From Paraspadella gotoi (lineage: Eukaryota > Animalia > Chaetognatha): a stretch of 64,000 nucleotides of DNA. The translations under genes and the position numbers were made by a program. This document shows positions 1-36,300 of this stretch, piece after piece. The notes beneath the pieces were generated by a model. That model was not told the origin of the DNA, did not search any database, and was given only the letters and a program-made list of their open reading frames with translations. Every line of letters begins with the position of its first letter. Position 1 is the stretch's first letter. The stretch lies in the NCBI GenBank assembly GCA_051294375.1, contig CM119265.1, forward strand, positions 9,682,339 through 9,746,338, written 5' to 3'.

Positions 1-2537
1 TATTGTCAATCGTCCTTTTTTCCAGCCTCGACACTCTCCCCTTTTTGCGGGAAAACCTTGGGATTTCCTTTCCCTCCTCATCCTCCTCCCGCTCCTCACC
101 CTCTTTCTCACCCACGCGTCTATTCGGGTGAGTTCGGCTGCGACGCGACTCGGGAGAATCCTCCTCCACCTCCCCCGCAGCCGCAGCCGCAGCAGCCCCA
201 GCATTCCTCGGTCTCGCCCCTAGTGGGTAAATAATTAGTATGGTGTTATTTTCTGTCAGTAATTATCATTATATAATAATTGAATTTATTAATCAATACT
301 CTAATAATTATTTTTGAGCTAAGAAAAGCTTTGGAAAATAGGGAATTTTTAAAAGATTTTAATGCGCAAAGACGTGATATAAAAATATCATATTTAAAAA
401 AGTAATATGGTCACAAATGAAAGTAATAAGATTTCATTTCCAACAGTGAAAATAACCTAGCACTTATTCCCTGTCTCACCATTTATCACGACGTCAAAAT
501 AAACTTTTTTATTTTCTCTCTCTCCTTTCCTCCTTCCAGGTCGTCTTCCTCCTCCGCCTCCCATTAGTTTTTCCCCTCCTCTTCCTCCTCCTTCCTCCCG
601 CTCCTCGCGATCTTTGGCTTTTGATCTTCGCGCCTTCACCGCCGCTCGAGCGCTCAATCTCGAGTCCGCGACGTCGGCAGAAGAAAAACAAGATGGCGGA
701 AGATCGGGACGAGGAGAGGAGGAAGATTATAGAATGAGGTAAGTTATTTTCATAAAGGGGCATCGACAAAATACAGTATTCAATGGGTAATTTAATTATC
801 GAAGTTAATGGTTGTGTATTCGGACATAGCAAAGTTCACCCCGCCTCTAATCAGGACACCTTCTGTCGTGACCCGGTGGAACATTGAGTAAAGCCATCAG
901 CTCATTACCACTAGGTACCGGGTTCAATCCCAACCCGGCACCTACTCTGCGGGAACTGTGATGACGGCCGTAAGCCACATTGGGGGCGTGGAAAACCCTC
1001 AAGCCTGGTTCCAAGCCCAGGACCCGTTCCATAGCTGCTAGAGGGGGTTATAGAAGTTACGGATAGTCATGTTCAGCCCACTTAGCGCCTTATCCACAGT
1101 TGCTTTTTGTGATACCCGGGGCGCGGGGTTTCTCACCAACTGGTGTAGGGCCGTAGACCCTCAGTGACCGCCTCNNNNNNNNNNTCACCAACTGGTGTAG
1201 TGGCTGTGGACCCTCAGTGACCGCCTCCTGTGACTTTCATGTGAAGACCGGCTCCCGTCACAGGGCTTGAAGCCGGGACGCTCAGGCTTTGAGACGAGGC
1301 TGTGGACGGACAGCAGTGAGTCAGCTTTAAGTCTTGTTATTATTTTTGACACGTGTCAGGTGCCTCGCCGCATCGAAAGTCGAAGTCCGTTGAACGAGAA
1401 GAAACCCTGCTCCGCGGCGGCGGAGGCGGCGGAGGCAGCGTCGACGACCGGTTGCGAGGTGGAAGCAGCTAAAAGGCAAAAAGAGGATCGAGAAATAGAG
1501 AATAAGGAATCCTGGTGAGAAAATAATTCAAAGAGAAACAAAAGTCTTACAGATGAACAACTTAGGGCAAACTTAAGATAATAGAAAAAATAACTATTAA
1601 TTTTAAAGAAAATAGGACGACCGGTCACCGCATCAAGGCACACACACTCACACACAAACACACAGACATAAACACACAGACACACACTCACACACAGAAA
1701 CACACACACAGAGACACATACAGACACAAACACACACACACAGACACAAACACACACACAGAAACACACACACACACACCCACACACACACACTCAAAAG
1801 AAAGAAACGTTTTCTTCTAATTTTTCGTTTCTCCTTAATTAAAGCGAAATCTTGGACGACGAAGACTCGGACCGAATGTCGATCGTGGAAGAACCAAAAC
1901 CGGAAATCGATGCCGACGTCGAATCCGGCAAAATAGACGCCATTTCCGGCAAAACCGAAGTCAAACCTCTCAAGGCCGACGTCGTCATCGGCGGCGACGA
2001 TCGCGTCGACGACGACGACGAAAACGTTGACGTCACTTCCGGCGAAAAACGATCGCCGCTCGTCGGCAAACGCCATCTTTCCCCCATCGAGAAACAAAAT
2101 GGCGTATATAGATGGCGGATTTGAGCGGAGGAGAAGAGAGAGGTGAGAGGGAGGGAGAGGAGAGGAGCGAAGGGAGATGGGGAGGCGGAGAGAAAGAAAG
2201 AAAGAAAGGAAAGAACTAAGGGATTCACCAAGAGAGAAGAAAGAAAAGAAAGAAAGAAAGAAAAAAAGAAAGAAAGAAAGTAGGAAAGGGAGCAAAGCAT
2301 TGATCTTTCTTGATCTCAGGACACGAGACGTCATTTCCATCACCAGTTGACACATTTTCTATGGAACAAGCGTCGCTTCTAGTCACAGGTGTTAGAATTT
2401 GTGAAGCTATTTCAATGAGTCGATGAAGGTTCCAAAAATTGTACTGTGACTTTTTTTCTCTGTATATCACTTTTATACCGCGGCTCACTCTTATGCTTTT
2501 TAACTCCAGTCCACTGTCAAGGTTCTCATTCCTGTTC

Positions 2538-2626
<89 letters not shown>

Positions 2627-3014
2627 TTCAGAGAACGTGTTCGAGTCTGCCGCCCGACTCCTCTTCCTCTCCGTCAAATGGGCGAAGAACATTCCTTCCT
2701 TTCTTCAACTTCCCATACAAGATCAGGTGGTCCTGAAGTTTATATTTGTACTAAAATTTATATTTTATATAAAAATGTAACAAAAATATAGTAAAGAAGT
2801 AAACAAATAAGTAAATAAAAAAAAAACCAACAAATAAATAAATAAATAAGCATATAAACATATTTACATTGAAACCTAAGATATAATTGAATTCAATTAC
2901 TTTTTCAGGCTCTCTTGCTAGAGGACTCGTGGAGTGACTTATTCGTTCTCAGCGCCGCACAGTGGTCATTGAAGATCGATCAAAGTAAAAAACAAAAGAT
3001 CAAGCGTAAAATAA

Positions 3015-3057
<43 letters not shown>

Positions 3058-3062
3058 ATACA

Positions 3063-3093
<31 letters not shown>

Positions 3094-3887
3094 ATGAATG
3101 AATGAATGAATGAATGAATGAATGAATGAATGAATGAATGAATGAATGAATGAATGAATGAATATCTATAGGACTATTTCTTCCTCCCCTTCTTCATCAG
3201 CCTCCCTTCTCGGTCGCTCCTGCTCCTACTCCCCGTACTCTTCTTCTTCCCCTCGCTCCTCCTCCTCCTCTTCCTCCTCCCAACTGGATCTGACCCAAGA
3301 AGAGGGAATCCGACGGGGCGACTCCAGCCCCAGGGGCGACGAGTGCGTCAAACAACATTTACAACAGCAATCTAAACAACAGCAACACATTGCGAACGAT
3401 TCTAATGTGATGGAGGAAGTGAAAGCCTTGCAGGTAGTAGTTTCTCCAGCAGGTTACACTCGTAGAAAAATGTTTATTATTTGCCATCAATAACCTCATG
3501 AATAAATTCTGAATTCATGTTTAAATTGGCTATAGTAGAGTTTTTTGAAATATATATATTATGTACTATATGTTCGAAAATAATTTATATTCTATATTTT
3601 TAATGGCTAACTCGGTATAAACAAAACAATCACTCAACAAATGTCGATATATGTAAGACAGTGTATCTCAATCTTATCAATCAATCAGGACACACTTCGT
3701 CGATTCCAATCCATCGCTTTGGACGCGACTGAATTCGCCTGCATGAAAGCCGTCGTCCTCTTTAAAGCAGGTGACGCCTGGTGACGCCTGGTGACGCCTG
3801 GTGACATCCAGAAATCAAAACGCAAACAAATTTCCTTTAACCGCATTTCAATTTCGAAAAGCGTGAACGATGTTTGCCCAGCAATTT

Positions 3888-3931
<44 letters not shown>

Positions 3932-4904
3932 GAATTTCGATCTTTGTTCACACAATAAAAGATTTCTTTGTGCGACGCACGAGTCGAGAACCCGTTCACG
4001 CGATTGAAATCTGACTTTTCACAAAGATCTCTCAGTCAAGTTCACAAAAGAAATCATTTCGTTTCGTTGACAAAGATCACAGAGGAATCCTTGTTTTTCT
4101 TTTAAATTTTTTACTCTTATCAATAAAAATCTTTTATCGTCAACCAAAGAGTCTTCTGTGATTTTTTGAGCAAATATCACGATGATTTATTTGATTTAAT
4201 TTGTTTGATTTCATTGAGTGTCTGATTCTTTGATGCCGTTGATTTGATACGAAAATTAATTTATTCAAATGTAAATAAATAATTATTAAATTCAGATAAC
4301 GATGCTATTTTTTTATTCAGAAACGAAGAGCATTAACGAGTGTCTCCACGTGGAGTTGCTGCAAGAGCAGGCGTTGCTGATGCTAACTGAAGCAGCAACA
4401 TCGCAGGCGATGCTGCGGCAACAAAATCCCAAGGTGTATAGGCAATGGGTTTTGCGGTTAATTTTTATCTATGACGTTAACTATCTTGAATATACATTAT
4501 ATACATTATACATATATCTTCGAGAGTTTGACTACTTCTGTTTGTAAAAGTAGTTTAGAAATATATTTTCCCACAATTCAATTGAATATAATTTCCTTTC
4601 GAAAGAAACCCTTTTTAAGTATATAAAATAATAAATACGGTCTATAAAACTAATTAGATAATAATGAAATTGGTACAACCAATATAAAAATTATAAATGT
4701 TAGAATTAATAAATTATAAAATTATAAAAATTATTATTAGAATTAATAATTGGACTTTAATAGGTTCGTCTCGGCAAGTTGCTGTTGCTGCTGCCATCGC
4801 TGCGGGCGATTCCCTCCCGCCTCGTGGAGAACGTCTTCTTCCGACGAACGATCGGCGCCATTCCCATCGAGCGGCTCGTCCGTGACATGCTCATGACCCG
4901 CTGA
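1..4904 (+). CDS. Nuclear receptor, NR2E subfamily (PNR/NR2E6-like); hinge and ligand-binding domain exons, 5' part (DNA-binding domain) outside the window
   Basis: Spliced LBD exons: 2632-2726 ([32 protein letters not shown]), 2909-2984 ([19 protein letters not shown]), 3201-3433, 3689-3770 ([15 protein letters not shown]), 4321-4433, 4764-4904 ([45 protein letters not shown]). Phases are consistent and the motifs are typical of NR2E LBDs. Hinge exons (<=226, 540-738, ~1332/1360-1514, 1845-2101, 2320-2388) are less certain. Confidence 0.9.
815..1098 (+). mobile_element. Solo LTR, family B (tRNA-like cassette plus degenerate twister-like core), in an NR2E intron
   Basis: TGT...ACA termini with a perfect 4-bp TSD GTTG (811-814/1099-1102). 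Homologous to the inverted copy at 38203-38466. tRNA-like segment ~868-941 (B-box GGTTCAATCC, CAT loop); twister-like P3/P4/L4 at 952-1030. Confidence 0.8.
1108..1323 (-). mobile_element. Degenerate short LTR-like repeat related to family C (contains an N gap)
   Basis: TG...CA ends. Shares GTCACTGAGGGTC with the P3/P4 region of family C and has a T-arm-like CCCGGCTTCAAGCCC. TSD is not clean. Confidence 0.4.
4664..4694 (-). repeat. 31-bp terminal fragment of the family D tandem repeat
   Basis: ATGAAATTGGTACAACCAATATAAAAATTAT matches the family D monomer at the end shared by the arrays at 32846 and 54045. Confidence 0.7.
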
Positions 4905-5368
4905 AGACGCGGTGGAGATGTAGAGGTCGACTTGAAGACCCGCTACGAAGATTGGCCCGGTCTTTGTAATTCCCAAGTCTGTAAAACTAGTCCTTTTCAT
5001 GCGTACGAAAACCTATAAGCTATCAATCTAGTCCAAACATTTTTGTTATTGTACATACTACGTAAATTTAACAAGACTTTAAGTTTATATTTATCCTACT
5101 TGGCGCTGCATTTCTTACTTTCGTGCGATCTCATATATTTTTTCCCTTCTGTTCTGAAATATTAAAAAAATGGTTTCTTTACAAAGATTTAATTTTTGTG
5201 ATATTAGTATCATAGTATAATTAACCCTGTACATTATTTCGCAAGCTGATTTCGCGTAAAACATTTATGTCATTTTGTTTATTTTAATTTTAACAAAATA
5301 CAGAGGAACGACAGATGGCAAAAAAACCTTATCATTAGATAACAAAATAGCAGCTGTGATAGCAGCCC

Positions 5369-5755
5369 TTATTTTCCGGCACCACCCATCATCATGTTCA
5401 TCGCCATTCCAGCAATTGGAGCCGCAATACCAACCACTAAAATAATGTTCAGAAATTAATTTAAGCATTAAGAGAATATTTTTAATAATAGACTTATACT
5501 CATCGATATACGTTTGCCAACGACGTCGAGAAACATGTTCAAATATTGAAATCCATCCGCCGCGGTTGACGACGATTGCCGCTTCTCCCGAATGTTATTA
5601 AAAGTCTTAATGTTCGTTTCCAAATTCCGTATATAATTGAAGTGGGCCCCAGTCTGCCGGATGTCGTTCGCTTTCGCCGGTCGAGGCAATCCGTCGGAAA
5701 CGAGGACCAAAGTGGAGGAAACGAGGACGACCGCGATGACGACGACTGAGTTCAT
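5369..5755 (-). CDS. Small secreted prepropeptide (103 aa), putative amidated amphipathic (antimicrobial/cytolytic or signalling) peptide
   Basis: Exons 5755-5512 and 5436-5369 are joined by a 75-nt GT-AG intron. Product: signal peptide MNSVVVIAVVLVSSTLVLVSDG, pro-region ending REKR, then QSSSTAADGFQYLNMFLDVVGKLVGIAAPIAGMAMNMMMGGA-GK*. Confidence 0.7.
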
Positions 5756-7693
5756 GGTCGGTCTGTCAGAAAAACTACTTGGGATTAAAACTTGCACGTT
5801 TTTTTAATGGTTTGAGTGATTTTAGTATGAATAAAAGCATAACACTGGTAAGTGGTAACAGTTGTCAGATAGGGAATTCTTTAATAAATAAGTGGGATCT
5901 ACAACTAAAACCAAAACTGGTCGAATGAACAGGTTGATCGAAAATATTAAGTTTATTGAATATTTGTAAGTCAATCCAATTTCAAACTAACGTATATGCA
6001 TACTATTTAGCAAACCAGGTGTTGCATTTTTTGCAGATTAACGATTATTACGATTGGTGAGATTGCGAGCGGCAGTTTGATTGCCAAAAAATGCAAGCAA
6101 TTTTCGTCGGTTCCGCTCGACGAGTTTTTGTTCTCGACGCCCACAGAATTGATTGCCTTCCATTTTTTTAAGTCATATTAATTATTTTCAAAAAATTATA
6201 AAAAAACCGAAAGGATTGAAAAGAACCGAAAAAAAAGGAGAAAAAAGCTAATAATTCAATAAAATTTCGAAACCCAGAAACGACGAGTCTGAGAGAGAGC
6301 TGGAAATTTCGGCGTGAAAAAAGTCTTGAATTATTAATGAGAGTCTATCAATGACATGGAAATTATTGATGATTAAAAATCATTGACGGGACAAAGAAAT
6401 GAGAATAAAAAGAAGCGGAAATCCGTATTTTTTTTAGAAACAAAAATCGAAAAAAAAAACCTTAAAAAATTGTTGTCAGAAGTGAGTTGCTCCGTTTTTC
6501 CCCTTTTTTCCCTCGTCCGTAATTTTCTTTTTCACGCAATTCGTCGCTTACAATGAGGAAAAACCGATTAGGGAAATAATAAAGTCTTGACTAAGATCTT
6601 TGCGACTCATTTAAACAATAAAACATGCTTTTCTTTTTATTTTTATAGATGATGGGGAAATTATAACATACAAAAGTTGCTTTTGACAATTCGATCTTCA
6701 TTCTTCAGGTTAAATTTCCTTTTAGTATATTATGAACTGAGATTAAGTAGATTGAGAACTCATTCTAAGTTTCCGAGCTTGACAGTAATCTGGCTACCTA
6801 TATATGAATCACTTTCTATTCCAAGCTGTACAATAGAATGATCAATTGACCATTTTAAATTCAGGATTTCACTCACAGCTGCTATCAACCTGTCATTTTA
6901 ATTTTTAAAAAATTCGATGAGAAAAGTTTTTATTACAAAATATAAACCAATGCAAACTGTACACCATGCACTATACTAATTACAAAATATCGCGAAGAAA
7001 ATAATAAGTACGTGTATAAATGTTACAGGTCAAAATATAATTTAAACGCAAGCTGTTAATTAATTAAAAAAAAAAATTCTGCGTAGGTTGCGACGCTAAA
7101 CCCGGTCGGGTATTTAAAAAAAGCGCTTCATTCATGTATTTTTTTAGTAGTTTGTTATATTAATTCGTCCTCCATTGGTCGAAACGGGCATGATTTTCTA
7201 ATTAAATATTCGATAATACTTGAAATTTCTTACGTGCGAGTATTTATGCTTTATCATTTTCGAAAAAGAAAAAGAAAATTGCGTGAAAACGGGAGACAGT
7301 GATTGTGAAAATAGCGAGGAATAAATAGACAGGGCGGCAATAAATGGATATTAAAATCTCATGATAAAATTGGGTCGGGATTGATAAGAGTCGGGCCCAT
7401 GATTAAATTTCAGTCAAAATAGAACCGACGATCGAAGCTCCAACTTTGCGACGAATTGATCGTCAGCTCTTTCGTCGAAGAACTTTCAATGAGCGAATTT
7501 CCCGCAGGGATGTCTCATGCAGCGTTGCTCTCAATCCATAGTATAGCTTGACATTTAGCAGAAATCTCATTCTTCGCAGCATTCGAAACTCTCGATCGCG
7601 ACATCCTCCCAATCAACTTTCCGGACATCCCCAATCCTTTCGTCGACACCTCCAACTTTCCACTCAAAACATCCACAACTCTTCACGGCTTCT

Positions 7694-28498
<20,805 letters not shown>

Positions 28499-30513
28499 GT
28501 TGGTCGACGCTCGAGGCTGCGGCTTTGGCTGAGTCGACGGGGACGTCGGGCTGGTCGGCTGCGGCGTCGGCGGTTGGCGGCGGCCGTCGGCGGAAGTCCG
28601 TCGGTTGTCGGGCAGCGTCGGCCTCGGAGCGCCGCGCGGTTTGATTCCCGAATACAGTGGAGGCGACGAGAGAAAAAAATGGCGGGAAAAACGCCGATTT
28701 AACGAGATTTTTTATTTACGCGCGCGTGGGATTTGATATGATGCTTTTCTTTTTGAATATTTAAAATGATAAGCGAATTATCGATAAAAAAAAAAAAAAT
28801 AAATAAAAAATAAAACAAAGTTTGATTTGGCGGATCGCGTTTAATCGGCGTTTCACAGTATTATATTTTTCACAGTTTTTTATTTTCGAAATTCGGCAGA
28901 TTTTATTTGGTTAAAGTTTGGGGGAACTGGAAAACCTGTAATAGTGAAAGAGGGATGTTAGTTTAAGCCTTTCTGGTTACAATAACCATTAACTACAAAG
29001 AAACTAGAGAGAAGTAACTTGATAAACTCTGTATTTTCTCTCACAATTTCTGTCACCGAATGAGGCAAATTTTATTTTATCGTTTTAAATATTTTTCTTT
29101 CTCTCCATCGCCAGAAATTTACTTCAGTTTTTGAACCAAACGAAAGATTTTCTTTCTATTGCAACGTCTGCAGATTTTTCTCCTCAAAATTTCAAGTTCA
29201 TGCGGTTTATTTAGGGTAACATTGAATAAAAGAAATTAATCAAAACTGACCTATATAATATAATATATAACAAAACATTGAGTCGCGCTATTTTATCTCA
29301 AAAGAATTGATTTTTTCCTCCTTTCCGCATAAACAAACAATTAAATTATTCATCGATCGAGAGTTTGGTTGCGTCGGCGTGAGTCGCCCATTGGTTCGAC
29401 GTACATAGTACATACGTTAGTTTATAATCTTTAACATATTCTCCTTCTTAGAACCTTTCAATTTTTCCTTATTTTGATCATTTATTTTTGTTTATTAATG
29501 CAGTTGTTGAGTCAGAAGACCAGAAAATATGGTTTCTATCATTTTTTTTAATAATTAAAATAAAAAAAAGAAGTTGAGGCAAAAGCGAAAATCGAATATC
29601 AGATTTTATTAGCAGAAGTTTTTTAGAGCGAAAGACCAAAGGATTCAAGCTGATCTTTTTTTTTAAAAAATGTATAATTGGTTGTTGTTATTATTGTTGC
29701 TGTTGTTTTTAGGTTCCCAGTTCAGTTATATTTATAAATAAGCTCAATCATAGTAAACCAAACAATCAACCAATCGATATAGAAAACGTTAAATTTAACT
29801 AACTGATCAATCAATAAATCAATCAACCAATATAGTATGTCATTGTAAAATTATCAATCAATGGATCAATCAATGGATCAATGAATGAATGAATGATTGA
29901 ATGAATGAATGAATGAATGAATGAATGAATGAATGAATGAATGAATCACTCAATCAATTAATCAATCAATCAATCAATCAATCAATTTATTAATCAAGGA
30001 AACATTGAGTTAAATCCATCACTCCATTTAGAACTTGATGAATTTTTCAATCAATCCGAAGATTAAACAGTCAAGAAAGTAAAAAAAGAAATCCCCAAGT
30101 CAATCCGATCAAACAATCAATCAAATCAAATCAAATCAATCAATCAACTCGACTCTGACAATGTTATCGATCGATTGCGCATCGCCAATTCGAGCGAATT
30201 AAGTGGCGAAGAAAGAAGAGAAGAGAAAAAGTCTGACTTCTATCAACAAAAAAAAAAAAAAAAAAACTGAAAAAAAAATTCCGGCCATATTTTCCCAGAA
30301 CGCCCTATTTTATCTTAAATTTGGAAATAAGTTAATTTATTAAATTTAAATAGGTTAGGAATTAGGTTAGTTATTATGGTTAAGGACTTGGATTGTGATA
30401 AGGGTTAGGGATTTGGATTAAGGATTATGGTTAAAGATTGCTTTATAAGGTTAAGAAGATATTGAAGAGACAGTAATTATTGTTATGTGTTAGTAACCGA
30501 ACCGTTCAATATA

Positions 30514-30589
30514 AGCAGTCCCTGAGCTTCGGATCAGGCTGTAACACCGAGTTACAGGCGGGTTAAGCGCCCCGTCCCTTTTAACTGCT
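30514..30589 (-). ncRNA. Twister-like ribozyme (P5 permutation) in the 3' LTR of the TRIM
   Basis: AGCAGU-UAAAA-GG-GA-CGG-GGCGCU-U^AA-CCC-GC-CUGUAAC(UCGGU)GUUACAG-CCUGA-UCCGAAGC-UCAGG-G-ACUGCU. P5, P3, P4, T1 (CCG/CGG) and T2 (GC/GC) all pair; P1 and P2 are only 2 bp. Confidence 0.7.
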
Positions 30590-30591
30590 AG

Positions 30592-30663
30592 GCGACCACC
30601 GGGCTAGAACCCCGGACCTTTGGGTTGGGAGGCAAATGACTTGCCTCTGGCACCAATGGCCGC
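30592..30663 (-). other. tRNA-derived (Gly-CCC-like) cassette in the 3' LTR
   Basis: Copy of the 72-nt tRNA-like segment found in the 5' LTR. Confidence 0.7.
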
Positions 30664-30935
30664 TTATGAACGGTTGGTAGATTTTAATCCACCATACATC
30701 CCCCCCTCCCGTAGGGAGAAGTCTGTTGCGTCTCTTCAGTGAATTGTTGTTGTTGGTGGAAAGTTCATTACCAAGTTGAGGCATGTTGCCTGAGGTGTTG
30801 TGGGCGGAAAATGCATCGCCAGGTTGAGGGATGTCGCCTGAAAGTGTTGTTGTTGCTGTTGTGTTCGGAAGTCGGGCTCACCAATGAAGAGACAGTAATT
30901 ATTGTTATGTGTTAGTGACAGAACCGTTCAATATA

Positions 30936-31011
30936 AGCAGTCCCTGAGCTTCAGATCAGGCTGTAACACCGAGTTACAGGCGGGTTAAGCGCCCCGTCCC
31001 TCTTAACTGCT
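30936..31011 (-). ncRNA. Twister-like ribozyme (P5 permutation) in the 5' LTR of the TRIM
   Basis: Same as 30514-30589 except L4 UCUGAAGC, which gives a U.G wobble in T1. Predicted cleavage 30987^30986. Confidence 0.65.
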
Positions 31012-31013
31012 AG

Positions 31014-31085
31014 GCGACCACCGGGCTCGAACCCCGGACCTTTGGGTTGGGAGGCGAATGACTTGCCTCCGGCACCAATGGCCGC
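31014..31085 (-). other. tRNA-derived (Gly-CCC-like) cassette / putative Pol III promoter in the 5' LTR
   Basis: 72 nt with a 7-bp acceptor stem GCGGCCA/TGGTCGC, an A-box-like TGGTGCCGGAGG, loop CTCCCAA and T-arm CCGGGGTTCGAGCCCGG (B-box). The anticodon stem is broken, so it is not a functional tRNA. Confidence 0.75.
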
Positions 31086-31764
31086 TGAAGAACGGTTGAT
31101 AGATTTTAGTCCACCATAATATATAGATTAAATATTAAAGTTAAAAGTAAATAATGGGATAAACGAATAGAAATGGGGTACTCTCGGAAAAGAGAGTTAA
31201 AAATCTATTATTTTCTTTCTTTCTTTCTTTCTTTCTTTTTTTTTTTTTTGGCTCATCCCCTTTTATTCGATCTGCTGCGTGATAAAAAGGCAGACATTTT
31301 TTTTACGAGGGCGTGAGGTTAATTTTGGTTTTAATTTTTCTATGATTGGAAACGGGAGTTTTTTTTTGGGCCGGTATTGAATTGGGTGAGCGTAGTTGTT
31401 TGATTAGAAATTGTTAATGTTATTGCTGTTTTCGAAAAGACTTGCGATGAGCATATATAGTATTAAATACAGAATGTTTAAGGGAAAAAGAACGACAAAG
31501 ACAGAGACAGTGATATAGAGACAGAGACGCGACGCTTGCGACGCAGAAACCAAAAGCGACGAAAAGAAATTCGATTCTTTGGTTTCAATTTTGATTTTTA
31601 TCGGAAGACGAAAAAAGATTTTTTTTTTAAATTGGAGTTGAGGTACGAGAGCTGTTTTCACTTTCGTTCTCTCCCTCTCGCTCTCTATCGTCTCGCTCTC
31701 ACTCATTCTGTCTCTTTCACGTGCGCGAAGAGAAGAGGAAAAGTTACGGAACGCGAGCGGGCAG

Positions 31765-31815
<51 letters not shown>

Positions 31816-32561
31816 CTCCCTCTCTCTATCTCCCTCTCTCTCTTTCTCTCTCTCTCGGAGCGTGCTTTTTTTATCACTTAGGTTTACCTAACGCGCCTTC
31901 GTTCATGAATAAACTTTTAAGTTCACGAACAAAACTTTTATTCGTTAGAATTTGAAAATCGATTAAACAATAAATAACAATGAATATTAAAAATAAAAAC
32001 GATATTTTTGCCGACGAAATAAGGCATCTCATATGAGCGTTTAAACTGGGAAGAAAAACCCGAAGTAGGAAAGAGAATCAGATGTGATGATTCGAATGTC
32101 ATGAGGTTGTGACAGATGACCTGTCACTAAAAATCGAAAAAAGAAACAAAAACACAAACTTACTGAAATAGATAAATATAATTTTAACTATAAAGTTTAT
32201 CATTTAAACGTTTTATTTTTGTTCCTTGTCCAGACGTAATCCATTAATATCAAATTCCGCTAAAAAGTTTACAAAGAAAAAAATTGCACTTTTGTTTGTT
32301 AGAATCGGATGGTCATAATTTGAAACACACGTGAGATTTATGTATATTTGAAAATTCATAATTTTTACCTTTTTTTAATTTCGATTAAAATTGGAGCTGT
32401 AATTATGAATTTCGAGGAAGATAAAAGCTAAACTAGCTGACGATAACATTTATTATTAAAACTGCCAAAGAGACAAACAGACCAATTCCTACAGAAGTTC
32501 GCACTTTAGCGACGAAGTTGAGTATTATTACACTAGAAGTCTTGATCGCGCGATCACTCGA

Positions 32562-36300
<3,739 letters not shown>

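Larger units (their letters stand above)
30463..31118 (-). mobile_element. Complete non-autonomous miniature LTR retroelement (TRIM), family A
   Basis: Two 234-bp direct LTRs (31118-30885 and 30696-30463). PBS TGGTGAGCCCGAC (30883-30871) lies 1 nt after the 5' LTR and resembles the complement of a tRNA-Trp 3' end. PPT GGGAGGGGGGG (30710-30700) precedes the 3' LTR. 4-bp TSD ATAT; 188-bp non-coding interior. Confidence 0.9.

Noticed and set aside
30350-30455. Telomere-like GGTTAG-rich tracts (also ~11230-11285 and ~43950-44050)
   Set aside because: Highly degenerate and interstitial; no perfect TTAGGG array.
31014-31085. Functional tRNA-Gly gene or ordinary tRNA-SINE
   Set aside because: The anticodon stem does not pair. 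The cassette sits 33 nt inside an LTR with PBS/PPT and 4-bp TSDs and has no SINE-type tail.
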